Positions 50,443 to 60,402 of a DNA stretch of 64,000 nucleotides are shown one piece after another. This stretch comes from Nitrosopumilus sp. Its GTDB lineage: Archaea > Thermoproteota > Nitrososphaeria > Nitrososphaerales > Nitrosopumilaceae. The position numbers were made by a program, and so were the translations under genes. The notes beneath the pieces are model-generated. The model searched no databases. It saw nothing but the letters and a program-made list of their open reading frames with translations, and had not been told where the DNA came from. The DNA lies in assembly GCA_965224195.1 (NCBI GenBank), contig OZ245040.1:64001-128000 (forward strand), written 5' to 3'. The stretch's first letter is position 1. The number at the start of each line of letters is the position of its first letter.

Positions 50443-50565
50443 TCAAGTTGTGTTTTCTGGATTACTATCATTTTCACCAAATGCATAGGTAACTGATAGG
50501 GGTGAGGCAGCAAGCATCAAGAGGATGGCTACTGCTTTATAATTTTGAATTTGGTATTTTACCAT
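50443..50565 (-). pseudogene. Signal-peptide stub of a truncated secreted protein
   Basis: MVKYQIQNYKAVAILLMLAASPLSVTYAFGENDSNPENTT then stop. Confidence 0.45.
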
Positions 50566-50879
50566 GAAAAGATACTATCAGTATGATAGATTAGGAACGG
50601 CGAGGAATCATCCTGTTCTTTATATACTAAATTTTATCAAAACTGCTCAAAATTGAAGTAAATTGATTATTTCTGTCTAAAAAATTCTTTTTTGAAATTT
50701 TTTAAAAAAATAAGTATTTTTAAAATTTTTTTAGGCATAGTATCTTTCTAAATTTTCAAATACACTTCTAAAATTATCAAAAATTGGATAGTTTTTCTGA
50801 TCAAACCACTGTTCCGCTTTGCGCTCCGCTGTGAAGTTTCAGAATGTTCCTCATAAACTACATTGTTGTATACTAGAGC

Positions 50880-51167
50880 ATGTCAAAACAACAATACAGG
50901 TCCGAAATGGGCATTATGGGTGATATCTTAGACGTAACCGCTGATGGCGGTCGTGGTGGAGTTATTGTATCTGCAATCTCTCGAAAAGCCAACCTATCTC
51001 ACTATGCAGTACTAGACAAATGTGAGAAACTGGTAGAAGCCGGCTTAGTCGAATCCGTCAAAAACGACAGAAATAGAGTCTTTTTGATAACTGAAAAAGG
51101 ACTTCAGTTTTTCCAGAAATTCAAGAGATTTCAGGGACTCGTCGAAAGCATGAATCTAAGGTATTAA
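50880..51167 (+). CDS. Small winged-helix DNA-binding protein
   Basis: YRSEMGIMGDIL, ISRKANLSH and FLITEKG. Confidence 0.85.
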   Translation: MSKQQYRSEMGIMGDILDVTADGGRGGVIVSAISRKANLSHYAVLDKCEKLVEAGLVESVKNDRNRVFLITEKGLQFFQKFKRFQGLVESMNLRY

Positions 51168-51171
51168 GCAT

Positions 51172-52197
51172 ATGAATCCAGAAATCGTACCAATTCATAG
51201 GAAAGAGTCTCTTGGAGAAGATGGAATGCTTTTTGTAAGGACTGATGGTATTCTCGATACAATGATCAAAGTACCTCTTTTGGTAGCAAGTATAATCATT
51301 GTTGCAGCAATAATGCCAATTCAGTCTTCATTCAGTTCTCCTAGAGCGATGGATCTTATCATATATCCAGATGGAACAACACATGTTTCAGCGGAAATTG
51401 ATATGGATCCACTAGCTACTGATTATGAACTTGAATTATTTGGTAGTACAGTTGATAATTTTGTTGCTGTAGGTGAAGATGAATTTTTACTTGAGTCTGA
51501 CATTATTGGTAATTCAGCATTGATTGAAACTTTTGGTTCATCTGTTATCTCTCTACAATACGATATTCACGATTTAGTATCTAAACAAGGTAGAATTTGG
51601 ACATTTTCTTTAGACACATCATCTGATTTTACATTACTTTTACCACAAAATTCTGTTATAGTTACCATGACAAATATTCCAATCGATAGTAAAATTACTA
51701 ACGAACAAAATTTGTTAACTCTATCTGGTGGTAACACTGAGATTGATTATATTTTTGGAACATCTACACTACCAGTAACAAACCCGCCAGTAACAAACCC
51801 TGAATCATCATTAACTGATATGATTCCACTTGCAATTGTTGGTGGAGTTGCTGGAATTGGAGCAACAGTATATTTTATGAATAAAAGAAAACAATCAAAA
51901 TCATCAGCTATACTCGAGACTATTTCTAACTCTAAATCTGATGAAAGCTCTCTTGATATTGAAACAATTTTCAAATTAAAACCAGATATTCGTGAAGATG
52001 ATAAAGAGATAGTGAAGTTTATCTTTGATAACAAAGGAGAAGTACTTGAAAGTGATTTACGAAAAAAATTCTTACAACCAAGAACCACAATGTGGCGTGC
52101 AGTTAAGAGATTAGAACGCAACGGTATTATTGAAATTGAAAAGAAAGATTTGCAAAATTTGGTAAAACTACGTAAGGATATGGAGAAAGAAGAATGA
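51172..52197 (+). CDS. Membrane-anchored protein with extracellular domain and cytoplasmic wHTH
   Basis: N-terminal hydrophobic segment, TM, then ESDLRKKFLQPRTTMWRAVKRLERNGII. Confidence 0.72.
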   Translation: MNPEIVPIHRKESLGEDGMLFVRTDGILDTMIKVPLLVASIIIVAAIMPIQSSFSSPRAMDLIIYPDGTTHVSAEIDMDPLATDYELELFGSTVDNFVAVGEDEFLLESDIIGNSALIETFGSSVISLQYDIHDLVSKQGRIWTFSLDTSSDFTLLLPQNSVIVTMTNIPIDSKITNEQNLLTLSGGNTEIDYIFGTSTLPVTNPPVTNPESSLTDMIPLAIVGGVAGIGATVYFMNKRKQSKSSAILETISNSKSDESSLDIETIFKLKPDIREDDKEIVKFIFDNKGEVLESDLRKKFLQPRTTMWRAVKRLERNGIIEIEKKDLQNLVKLRKDMEKEE

Positions 52198-53003
52198 AAA
52201 CTTTAGCATTATTTACAATATTTGTATTAATTTTTGGAACTACATCTACATCATTTACTAATAATGCATATGCACAAAATAATCCTTACGTTCTAGTACG
52301 AATTGCTATACAAGCTGATAATCAAATCTTTAATCAATTAGATAGAATTTATGGTGATTCTATTCCATCTGATATTGATACATTATATCAAAAAGGTCAC
52401 ATTGCTGTAGAATCATTAGAAAGTTCTTTACCTAACGATGTAGAAGAAGCAAAAGAAAATTTCCTTATAGCAATGAAGGCCTTTAAACAAATTACAAGAA
52501 TAATTTCTGAACCTACATCTGAGGAAAAAAATGTTCCATATGATGTGTATGAGAGAGATCTTACAAGTGAATTAAACAGACTGGACAAATATTTTCAGAA
52601 TATAAAGAAAATATCTGAAAGACATGATACAGGAATTGATCTATCTGATGTTGAACGATTATTTACTCAAGCATATGAAGAGATAAATTCTAATGAAATT
52701 AAAGCAGCAACTCAAACAATTGAACAGTTAGAATCTCTTATAGAAATAATTAAACAAAATATTAGTGAACATGAATCTCATTCAACATCTGATAGAAGCA
52801 AGAATTTTGCTTTAAAGCAGTTAGACAAAATTAAAGCCACATTAGACAAAGCTGAATTTACTGATGTACCTGAACTTGAAGAAGCCAGTTCTTTGGTTCA
52901 AGAAATTGAAACTTTGATTTCTGAAGACAATATTTCTGATGCAAAGAAAAAATTTCCAGAATTGATTAAACTAGTTGAGATTATCAAAAAATCGATTAGT
53001 TAG
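52194..53003 (+). CDS. Secreted alpha-helical hypothetical protein
   Basis: Signal peptide ending AYA; 4-nt overlap with the upstream gene. Confidence 0.65.
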   Translation: MKTLALFTIFVLIFGTTSTSFTNNAYAQNNPYVLVRIAIQADNQIFNQLDRIYGDSIPSDIDTLYQKGHIAVESLESSLPNDVEEAKENFLIAMKAFKQITRIISEPTSEEKNVPYDVYERDLTSELNRLDKYFQNIKKISERHDTGIDLSDVERLFTQAYEEINSNEIKAATQTIEQLESLIEIIKQNISEHESHSTSDRSKNFALKQLDKIKATLDKAEFTDVPELEEASSLVQEIETLISEDNISDAKKKFPELIKLVEIIKKSIS

Positions 53004-53037
53004 ATAGCATAAGCTTCATATACATTTTCTAAAGAAT

Positions 53038-53238
53038 TTGAATATGGCATCAAAAGCAATTACAGTCGGCGTAGGTATTCCTATGATTATTGTAGGTGCT
53101 TTAATGGCATGGTTATGGGCTCCAATCGAGGGTGATCTTCAAAATCAAATAGAACTTGTGGGAAGTACAATTGGAATCTTAGGAGTGATATTTTTCATTG
53201 CTGGATTATTTTATACAAAAGAACCAGTAATGCATTAG
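53038..53238 (+). CDS. Small 2-TM membrane protein
   Basis: Two hydrophobic helices. Confidence 0.6.
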   Translation: MNMASKAITVGVGIPMIIVGALMAWLWAPIEGDLQNQIELVGSTIGILGVIFFIAGLFYTKEPVMH

Positions 53239-53279
53239 AAACTCACTGAATAAATAATGAAAAAAATTACTAATATTAC

Positions 53280-53993
53280 TTGAAAGTTAGATTATTTGAA
53301 ATATTTACATCAGTTGAAGGCGAAGGAATTCTTTATGGAACAAAGACTCTTTTTGTAAGACTAGCAGGATGTCCGTTTACATGTTTTTATTGTGATACAA
53401 AAGAATCTCTTCCACTTGATTCTGGAACAGAATATTCTATTGAAGACGCTAACCAACTCATTGATTCAAATTTAAAAAATCAAACTTACAAAGTCAATTT
53501 TACAGGTGGTGATCCTCTAATCCAACATGAAGCAGTTGCATTACTTGCAAAACATATTCAAGACAAAAAAATTCCAACATATCTAGAATCATCTTGCTTT
53601 GATATTGATAGATTTAATCATGTATTACCATTTATTGATATTGTTAAAATCGAATTCAAAACAAAAGATTCTGATTTTGTTGATGTAAAACATTATGAAA
53701 AATTTATTGGCCACACGATGAAATGTCTTCAATCATCTGTAAAATCAAAGAAAATAACATATATCAAAGTTGTAGTTAGTTCAAAAACTAAGCCAGATGA
53801 ATTTACAAAACTAGTACAAGAAATTTTTGATAAAATATCTAAAGATGATATTGATGGTTTCATCATTCAACCTATATATGGAATTTCTGAACCTTCACTA
53901 GAACTTTTATTAGAATTATATGATTTGGTCTATCCTTATTACATTGATGTTAAGGTAGTTCCACAATTACACAAATTCATTGGTGCTCCATAA
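53280..53993 (+). CDS. queE: 7-carboxy-7-deazaguanine synthase (radical SAM)
   Basis: EIFTSVEGEG, FVRLAGCPFTCFYCDT, TGGDP and PQLHK; next to folE and queC. Confidence 0.9.
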   Translation: MKVRLFEIFTSVEGEGILYGTKTLFVRLAGCPFTCFYCDTKESLPLDSGTEYSIEDANQLIDSNLKNQTYKVNFTGGDPLIQHEAVALLAKHIQDKKIPTYLESSCFDIDRFNHVLPFIDIVKIEFKTKDSDFVDVKHYEKFIGHTMKCLQSSVKSKKITYIKVVVSSKTKPDEFTKLVQEIFDKISKDDIDGFIIQPIYGISEPSLELLLELYDLVYPYYIDVKVVPQLHKFIGAP

Positions 53994-54055
53994 CATACCA
54001 CCTGCCTAAAAATCAGATTAGGTTCAAATACTAGAAAAATTCTGTATGAATATCA

Positions 54056-54613
54056 ATGGATCAAGAACGTGTAAAAAAACTTGTTAGAGAATTAATTATT
54101 GAAGTTGGAGAAGATCCTACACGTGAAGGATTACGTGAAACTCCTGAAAGAATTGCAAATATGTACAAAGAAATTTTTGGTGGATATGATTCAGATTCAG
54201 AATTATCTGTTCAATTTTCAGAAGATTCTGATGTAGTAATTGCACGAGATATTCAATTTTATTCAATGTGTGAACACCACATGTTACCTTTTTACGGAAA
54301 AATTCACATTGCATATTCTCCAAATGGTAGAGTTTTTGGAATTTCAAAACTTGTTAGATTAGTAGAAAAATATTCAAAAAGGCTTCAAATTCAAGAACGC
54401 CTTACAAAAAATATCGCTGATGAATTACATTCTCAAGGAGTAAAAGGAGTTGTCGTTTTAGCAGATGCTGAGCATCTTTGTATGAAGATGCGTGGTGTGA
54501 AAAATGATGTAACACTTTCGTCCTCTGCATTTAGAGGAATTTATGAAAATAAAGAAGAAAAAACAGGCATAATGTCATTAATTCGAAATGGTGCTTCAGA
54601 TCTCTCCTTTTAA
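54056..54613 (+). CDS. folE: GTP cyclohydrolase I
   Basis: [29 protein letters not shown] and HLCMKMRG. Confidence 0.95.
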   Translation: MDQERVKKLVRELIIEVGEDPTREGLRETPERIANMYKEIFGGYDSDSELSVQFSEDSDVVIARDIQFYSMCEHHMLPFYGKIHIAYSPNGRVFGISKLVRLVEKYSKRLQIQERLTKNIADELHSQGVKGVVVLADAEHLCMKMRGVKNDVTLSSSAFRGIYENKEEKTGIMSLIRNGASDLSF

Positions 54614-54656
54614 TGAATACTGAAAAATTAAATAATCAATATTTTTGATCAGAAAC

Positions 54657-54914
54657 ATGGGAGCAAATCCGTACATTCACATTCCAAAAGAATCATGGCC
54701 AAATTGGACATGGTATGCAATTGAATGTATTATTGTAATTGCAATCTCAATGTTAACTTCAAGTAAAATTACTGATTCAATTGAAAGTATTAGTGAACTT
54801 CCCGAAGTACAAAACTATGTGTTTATGGGAATTGTTGGTGTATTCTTTTTAATTTGGTATATTGTAATTAGAGGTTTAATTCTAAAAAAGAAAATTCTTA
54901 GAAATAGTTACTAA
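54657..54914 (+). CDS. Small 2-TM membrane protein
   Basis: MGANPYIHIPKESWP followed by two TM segments. Confidence 0.55.
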   Translation: MGANPYIHIPKESWPNWTWYAIECIIVIAISMLTSSKITDSIESISELPEVQNYVFMGIVGVFFLIWYIVIRGLILKKKILRNSY

Positions 54915-54916
54915 AT

Positions 54917-55591
54917 TTATTTGAGATATTTTGTTTTATCTGTAATTCCAGCTTTTTCAAATGCAATCTTTCTATTATTACAAGATTCACAGATTCCACA
55001 ATGATATTTTTTATTTGAATAACAACTCCATGTTTTGAAAATAGAATTTCCTAATACTTTCATTCCTGATTTTAGTAAATCACTTTTTGATAATCCCATT
55101 CTATACGGTGACCAAATTTCAATATTTTTTCGTAGTTTTGATTTGATTCCATCAATTTCACCTTGATTAAATGCACTTTCTAGCTTTTTTGCAAAATTTG
55201 GTCTACAATCCGGATAGTATTTGTCTCCAGTATGTGCACCATATACTACTAGAGATGCATTTAGTGTAAAAGCCCACGCTGATGCAATTGATAGAAAGAC
55301 TGCATTTCTGATTGGTACTACGATTGAATACTCAAATTTACTAGGAATTTTTCTTTTAGAACTTGTTAAAACATTAGAATTTCCATACAGGTCTTTCATA
55401 AAACCAATATCGATTATTTTGTGCTGTTTTAATCCTAATTTTTTTGCAAAAGCTTTAGCTGCAGCAATTTCACTATTAGCTTTTTGTCCATAAGAAAATG
55501 TAATACCATATAGTTCATATTTTGATTTCAAATATGAAACAGCACAAACAGAATCTACTCCTCCACTAAACACAATAACTGCTTTCTTCAT
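54917..55591 (-). CDS. queC: 7-cyano-7-deazaguanine synthase
   Basis: SGGVDS, VPIRN, YPDCR and TWSCY..HCGICESC. Confidence 0.93.
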   Translation of the reverse strand: MKKAVIVFSGGVDSVCAVSYLKSKYELYGITFSYGQKANSEIAAAKAFAKKLGLKQHKIIDIGFMKDLYGNSNVLTSSKRKIPSKFEYSIVVPIRNAVFLSIASAWAFTLNASLVVYGAHTGDKYYPDCRPNFAKKLESAFNQGEIDGIKSKLRKNIEIWSPYRMGLSKSDLLKSGMKVLGNSIFKTWSCYSNKKYHCGICESCNNRKIAFEKAGITDKTKYLK

Positions 55592-55602
55592 AATTCATCT
55601 AA

Positions 55603-56526
55603 TTATTTTCTTTTGTCTGCTGCACCTTTACTTGATTTACAAATTACAGTTTTACATTTTGTATTTACAGATGTAAATCCTTTTGCCATGGATAAACTAA
55701 TTTTTTTCAAATCTGCTGAACTTTTTGAAAAAGCAATAACTGAAGGCCCTGCACCGCTAATAGTGACACCTAGGGCTCCTGCTTTGATAGCATTTTCTTT
55801 TACTTTAACAAACCCTGGAATCATATGTTGTCTTGCTGGTTCAACTATTACATCTTTAATTGAATTTCCAATGATTTCTGAATCTTTCTTCATAAATCCT
55901 GCAACAATTGTAGCAGCATTTGATAAATTCAAAATGCTATCAGATAGTTTATTTTTTTTTGGAATAACTTCTCTTGATACCTTTGTTTTCTTCTTTGGAA
56001 CACTAATTGTTGGAATTGCTACACACATTCTTAGATTAGTTGGAGGATCAATTTTAATCACATCTAAAGGATTTGTTTTTACAATTACAAATCCACCTAA
56101 CACAGAAGCTGCAACATTATCATAATGAACTGTACCTGCACTTGCTTTTTCTCCAGATCCTGCAAATTCTACCAAGGAATTTCCATTTAATTTTAATCCA
56201 AATAATTTATCAAATGCAACTGCTGTTGCAGCAGCTGATGCAGCACTACTTCCCATTCCGTATCCTGCAGGAATTCCTTTCTTGATTTTAATTTCTACAC
56301 CGCATTTAATTTCGAATTTTTTTATCATGTTTTTTACTACTAATCCTGCAGTATTTTTTTCAGGGTTTGTAGGAATATCATCATCTGTAATTATTTTAAT
56401 TCCGTTTTTTATTTTAGTCAGTGTGACTGTATCATAAAATGCATCTAGAGCTAATCCAAATACATCAAATCCTGGACCTAAATTTGCAGTTGATGAAGGT
56501 GCTTTGATTGTAACTTTTGATACCAA
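55603..56526 (-). CDS. thrB: Homoserine kinase
   Basis: ANLGPGFD, GMGSSAASA, HYDNVA and ISGAGPS. Confidence 0.93.
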   Translation of the reverse strand: MVSKVTIKAPSSTANLGPGFDVFGLALDAFYDTVTLTKIKNGIKIITDDDIPTNPEKNTAGLVVKNMIKKFEIKCGVEIKIKKGIPAGYGMGSSAASAAATAVAFDKLFGLKLNGNSLVEFAGSGEKASAGTVHYDNVAASVLGGFVIVKTNPLDVIKIDPPTNLRMCVAIPTISVPKKKTKVSREVIPKKNKLSDSILNLSNAATIVAGFMKKDSEIIGNSIKDVIVEPARQHMIPGFVKVKENAIKAGALGVTISGAGPSVIAFSKSSADLKKISLSMAKGFTSVNTKCKTVICKSSKGAADKRK

Positions 56527-57285
56527 CTAATCTTCTACCTCCTCACCCAAATTAAGAATTCTGCTTAGGGCACCTTCAAGATTTACAAAACCATCACCTG
56601 TAAGATTGGATATTGGAATTAGTCCTTGGGCAAACCCTCCTAAATTCAATCCTCGTAAAATATTTGTAGTCAATGTATACGTATCACCATCAGTTTCATT
56701 CCCAATTGCATTTTCTAATGTTTTCAAATTTGTAGACCATTGTAAAATATTTTTTAATTTATCTCCAATAAGATCTGTTTTGGTTAGAACATTAATTGTT
56801 GGCAGATTCAAACGTAGTCTGATTGATGTTGCAAGTAATGCAATTGAAACAAAATTAACTGGCGAAGTAATAAGAGATCCATCAAAAAGAAAAATATTTG
56901 TTTTTTCTTCATTTGAAATATTATCTATTATGAAACGTCCACTAGAACGATATACAAATAATTCAATTTGACCTGGTGTATCTACAATTAGATAATCTGG
57001 ATTTACTTTATTTACATCATTTTGGATATCATCAATTTTTGATGCAATCAAATCATTTGCCATAACCATTGCACCATTTGGACCAAGTTCATATTGTTGC
57101 ATAATTGATACATAATCAACATAATCTCTAACATCAATATCACAAGTGTATGGCATACTATCTACACCTGGATCCAAATTTAAAATTGCAGCAAATGCTC
57201 CGTTTCTTGAATAATAATCCTGTAGTTTTGATGAGAGTAAAGATTTTCCAGAACCAGCAGTACCTGAAACAAAAATAGTTTTCAA
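56527..57285 (-). CDS. GPN-loop GTPase
   Basis: GTAGSGKS, NLDPG, LGPNG, DTPGQIE and TKTD. Confidence 0.92.
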   Translation of the reverse strand: MKTIFVSGTAGSGKSLLSSKLQDYYSRNGAFAAILNLDPGVDSMPYTCDIDVRDYVDYVSIMQQYELGPNGAMVMANDLIASKIDDIQNDVNKVNPDYLIVDTPGQIELFVYRSSGRFIIDNISNEEKTNIFLFDGSLITSPVNFVSIALLATSIRLRLNLPTINVLTKTDLIGDKLKNILQWSTNLKTLENAIGNETDGDTYTLTTNILRGLNLGGFAQGLIPISNLTGDGFVNLEGALSRILNLGEEVED

Positions 57286-57360
57286 TCCGTCTAATTTTCT
57301 TTATTTGCTTATATTTCAAACTAGCTTGACTTTGATATTATTATCACTAAAAATACCAAA

Positions 57361-57582
57361 TTGGTATTCAAAAAGATGAAAAAATTCCACTTGATGTTTA
57401 TCAGATCAAATTTTATCTTATTTGTGAATCAAACTACTTTTGAAAAGGAAGTTCATCTCAAAGATTTAGTTGTTAAATTACTCAAATATAGAAATCTTTC
57501 AGACTATGATGAACTAAATTCATTGTTTGAAGAAATTAAACAAGCATTTCATATTACTACCAAAACCTCTGATTCTGTATAA
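57361..57582 (+). CDS. Hypothetical protein
   Basis: 73 aa ORF only. Confidence 0.3.
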   Translation: MVFKKMKKFHLMFIRSNFILFVNQTTFEKEVHLKDLVVKLLKYRNLSDYDELNSLFEEIKQAFHITTKTSDSV

Positions 57583-57667
57583 TTTCTGTGCCTAATTCTA
57601 GACCGCAATTATTCCTGACTAGAAATGTACTCAACTTTCATATTTGATTCCTCAAAAAAATCATCAA

Positions 57668-58684
57668 ATGAACTGGAGAATAATTGCTATTCCTATTACT
57701 TTAGTTCCTATTTTCGTAATCGCAATTCAATTTGATATTCAAATAGAAGACATTCTAGCAATTGGATTGCTTCCATTTATTGGTGCAATTGTTGCCATGA
57801 TGATAAAATTAGGACTTCAGGGAATCAAATTTGCATACATTACAAGAAAATATCTTGGAAATTTTGATTCATTTTTTAAATTAATCGGTGTTAGAGTTGG
57901 TAGTGAATTTATTAAATTTACAACCCCAATGTTTATTGGGGCAGAATTTGTTGTAATTTATTATTTAAAGAAAAAAGGAATAGAACTTTCAAAAGCTACA
58001 TGGATTGCACTCGTTGATATTGTAACTGAAGTTCTTGCAGCAGGACTGTTATCTATGTTGGCAGGAATAATTGCATTATTAAATGGAGCATACATAGTTG
58101 GAATAGTTATTTTAGCTACTAGTGTTTCTATAACCTCTTTATGGATGATTATGTTTTTCTTATCTTCTAAACATATATTCCAAGTTCCAAATGTTATACA
58201 AACTCTTGTTAAAAAATTAGGAAAAGAAAAAGGAACTAAAATCATTAATCAAACCAATTCTTGGATGGAAGAGACATGTACTATGATTAGAGAAAATATA
58301 CAAACTCCAGAATCTAAGAAAATTTTCACGATTTCATTTTTGTTTTCATTAGCTTCATGGGCATTTTATGGAATTTCATTTATGATTATTGCAATGGGAA
58401 CAGGTTTTGTTATCAATGCATTTGATTCTATTATGGCAGTAATGGGTGCAAATGCCATTGGGAATCTACCAATTACCATAGGTGGTTCTGGTTTAGCAGA
58501 ATTTGGAATTATAGCTTACATCAACAATTTAGATCCCTTTGCATTTAAAATTTCAGAAGGAGTTATAGCTTGGGATGCTGTAATTGGATGGAGAATCGCA
58601 ACATATTATGTTCCAATTGTAATTACATGGCTACTTTTAGTAAAATTAGCCTTGAGCAAGATACCAAAATCACAATCTTCATAG
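57668..58684 (+). CDS. UPF0104/lysylphosphatidylglycerol synthase TM (flippase-like) protein
   Basis: FTTPMFIGAE, LPITIGGSGLAE and WRIATYY; multi-TM. Confidence 0.78.
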   Translation: MNWRIIAIPITLVPIFVIAIQFDIQIEDILAIGLLPFIGAIVAMMIKLGLQGIKFAYITRKYLGNFDSFFKLIGVRVGSEFIKFTTPMFIGAEFVVIYYLKKKGIELSKATWIALVDIVTEVLAAGLLSMLAGIIALLNGAYIVGIVILATSVSITSLWMIMFFLSSKHIFQVPNVIQTLVKKLGKEKGTKIINQTNSWMEETCTMIRENIQTPESKKIFTISFLFSLASWAFYGISFMIIAMGTGFVINAFDSIMAVMGANAIGNLPITIGGSGLAEFGIIAYINNLDPFAFKISEGVIAWDAVIGWRIATYYVPIVITWLLLVKLALSKIPKSQSS

Positions 58685-58719
58685 AAACCACTTTATCTTT
58701 AATTGATTTTTTTTAATTT

Positions 58720-59520
58720 GTGGATTTTAAAAATAAAGTTGTTTTAATCACTGGTGCATCATCAGGAATTGGTAAAGATACTGCAATAGAATTTGCAAAA
58801 AAAGGTGCTAATCTTGTTTTAGTTTCAAGAACAAAAGAAAATCTTGAACGAGTTGCAGATGAATTAAAACAATTTAATGTATCTGTTTTAGTTTGCCAAT
58901 GCGATGTATCTAAAAAAGATCAAGTAAAAGAAATGTCAAAAATAGTTTTAGAAAAATTTGGTTCAATTAATATTCTAGTAAATAATGCTGGTTTTGCAAT
59001 TTATGGCTCTGTAACTGATCTTAGTATTTATGATATAGAATCACAAATGGAAACAAACTATTTTGGAATGATTTACTGCATCAAAAATTTCCTTCCATTA
59101 ATGTTGGATAAAAAATCAGGACATATTGTCAATGTGGCATCAGTAGCTGCAAGTTTTGGTTTACCTGGAATTACCCCATATTGTGCATCAAAATTTGCAA
59201 TGTTGGGATTTTCAGAGGGTCTTAAACATGAATTAAAAAATACTGGAGTTGGGGTTACTGTTGTTAGTCCTATAATGGTTAGAACTAATTTCTTTGATCA
59301 TCCTTCATTTGAAAAAATGCCAAAATTTTCTCTAACTTCACTTAGTTCAAAAACTGTAGCAAAAACAATCTTAAAAGCAGCAAATTCCCCTAGATTAGAA
59401 ATCATTGTACCATCTGTAGTACGAGGTGCAGTATGGTTGAAAAATACATTCCCATATCTTATCAATCCAATTTTAGGAAAAGCTTTCAAAAAACAATTAG
59501 ATTCTATGAAAAAAGATTAA
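58720..59520 (+). CDS. Short-chain dehydrogenase/reductase
   Basis: TGASSGIG, NNAG and YCASK. Confidence 0.92.
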   Translation: MDFKNKVVLITGASSGIGKDTAIEFAKKGANLVLVSRTKENLERVADELKQFNVSVLVCQCDVSKKDQVKEMSKIVLEKFGSINILVNNAGFAIYGSVTDLSIYDIESQMETNYFGMIYCIKNFLPLMLDKKSGHIVNVASVAASFGLPGITPYCASKFAMLGFSEGLKHELKNTGVGVTVVSPIMVRTNFFDHPSFEKMPKFSLTSLSSKTVAKTILKAANSPRLEIIVPSVVRGAVWLKNTFPYLINPILGKAFKKQLDSMKKD

Positions 59521-59522
59521 TT

Positions 59523-59924
59523 TTATTCTTCTAAATCTTCTTTTATAGATTCACTTGAGCCTACTTCTAAGAGTTCTAGAGATTTTAATTCAAATTAATA
59601 AATTGCTTTCATTTCTATTTCTATTTCTTTTTCTAGGAATTCTGATACTTTTTTACTTAATGGGGCTTTATGTTGATCAAAAATAAATTCATAAACTTCA
59701 CCTTTTAGTAAATCATCAATTTTGATGTCTTTTACAACATCCATAGTCACAATATGTCGTTCATCTTCTACTGCATCATACAATTGAACATCTACTTTAT
59801 TGTCATCATAATAGAATTCTAGAATATATCCTGATGATTTTATCTCTTTAGGTTTCTTAAATTTTGCATTTTGAATTTCATCAGTAACCCATTCTGGAAT
59901 TTCATCTTCTTTCTTTTTTACCAT
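59523..59924 (-). pseudogene. Hypothetical protein with apparent premature stop
   Basis: TAA at 59595-59597; the frame continues FELKSLELLEVGSSESIKEDLEE to a stop at 59523. Confidence 0.5.
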
Positions 59925-59935
59925 GATAAACTTCT

Positions 59936-60250
59936 CTAATTTTCTGCTTTTTCTTTTTTACTTTTTGACCACCATTCTAGATAGTCATCATGTTTGTCAT
60001 CCCGTGTTCTTTCTCTTTGATTTAACTTGAATCTAATATCTGAAACTTCTTCTCTTGTTGCGTATAATCCACATCGTTTACAAATGAAATGTCTTCTATT
60101 TTTTTCATCCATTTTCATTGGAATGTCAATTTCATCAAATAATTTGAATAATGCATCTCTGCTTCTGTCTTCCTCTTCTGGGAAATCCTCCACATACTTT
60201 GTTTCTATTTTCTTTTTCTCTCGTGATGTACATTCAGGACAATTAGGCAC
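59936..60250 (-). CDS. Zinc-finger hypothetical protein
   Basis: CPEC...CKRCG and DYLEWW. Confidence 0.65.
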   Translation of the reverse strand: MPNCPECTSREKKKIETKYVEDFPEEEDRSRDALFKLFDEIDIPMKMDEKNRRHFICKRCGLYATREEVSDIRFKLNQRERTRDDKHDDYLEWWSKSKKEKAEN

Positions 60251-60310
60251 TGTTGATTTGGCTTAATTTTTTCCATAAAAGCGTTCCCACAATCTCTATT
60301 GATCGATACT

Positions 60311-60378
60311 ATCTGACACGCGGATTTTTTCATCATCCCTTGCGGTCCGTTCGCCCATCGAAATCCCGCGTGCCAGAT
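60311..60378 (-). ncRNA. Candidate structured RNA with K-turn and GNRA tetraloop
   Basis: GC-rich intergenic stretch; ~17-bp basal stem, UUCG/CGAA side hairpin, CGGA-CC-GCAA-GG-GAUGAUG. Confidence 0.55.
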
Positions 60379-60402
60379 GAGAAAAATCATCAAAATAATC
60401 TA

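Noticed and set aside
53280-55591. queE-folE-queC as a DNA 7-deazaguanine (Dpd) modification system
   Set aside because: No dpdA-like gene nearby; best explained as core preQ0/archaeosine synthesis.
59523-59597. Programmed stop-codon readthrough
   Set aside because: The stop is TAA and there is no suppressor tRNA or recoding signal; a nonsense mutation or sequencing error is simpler.
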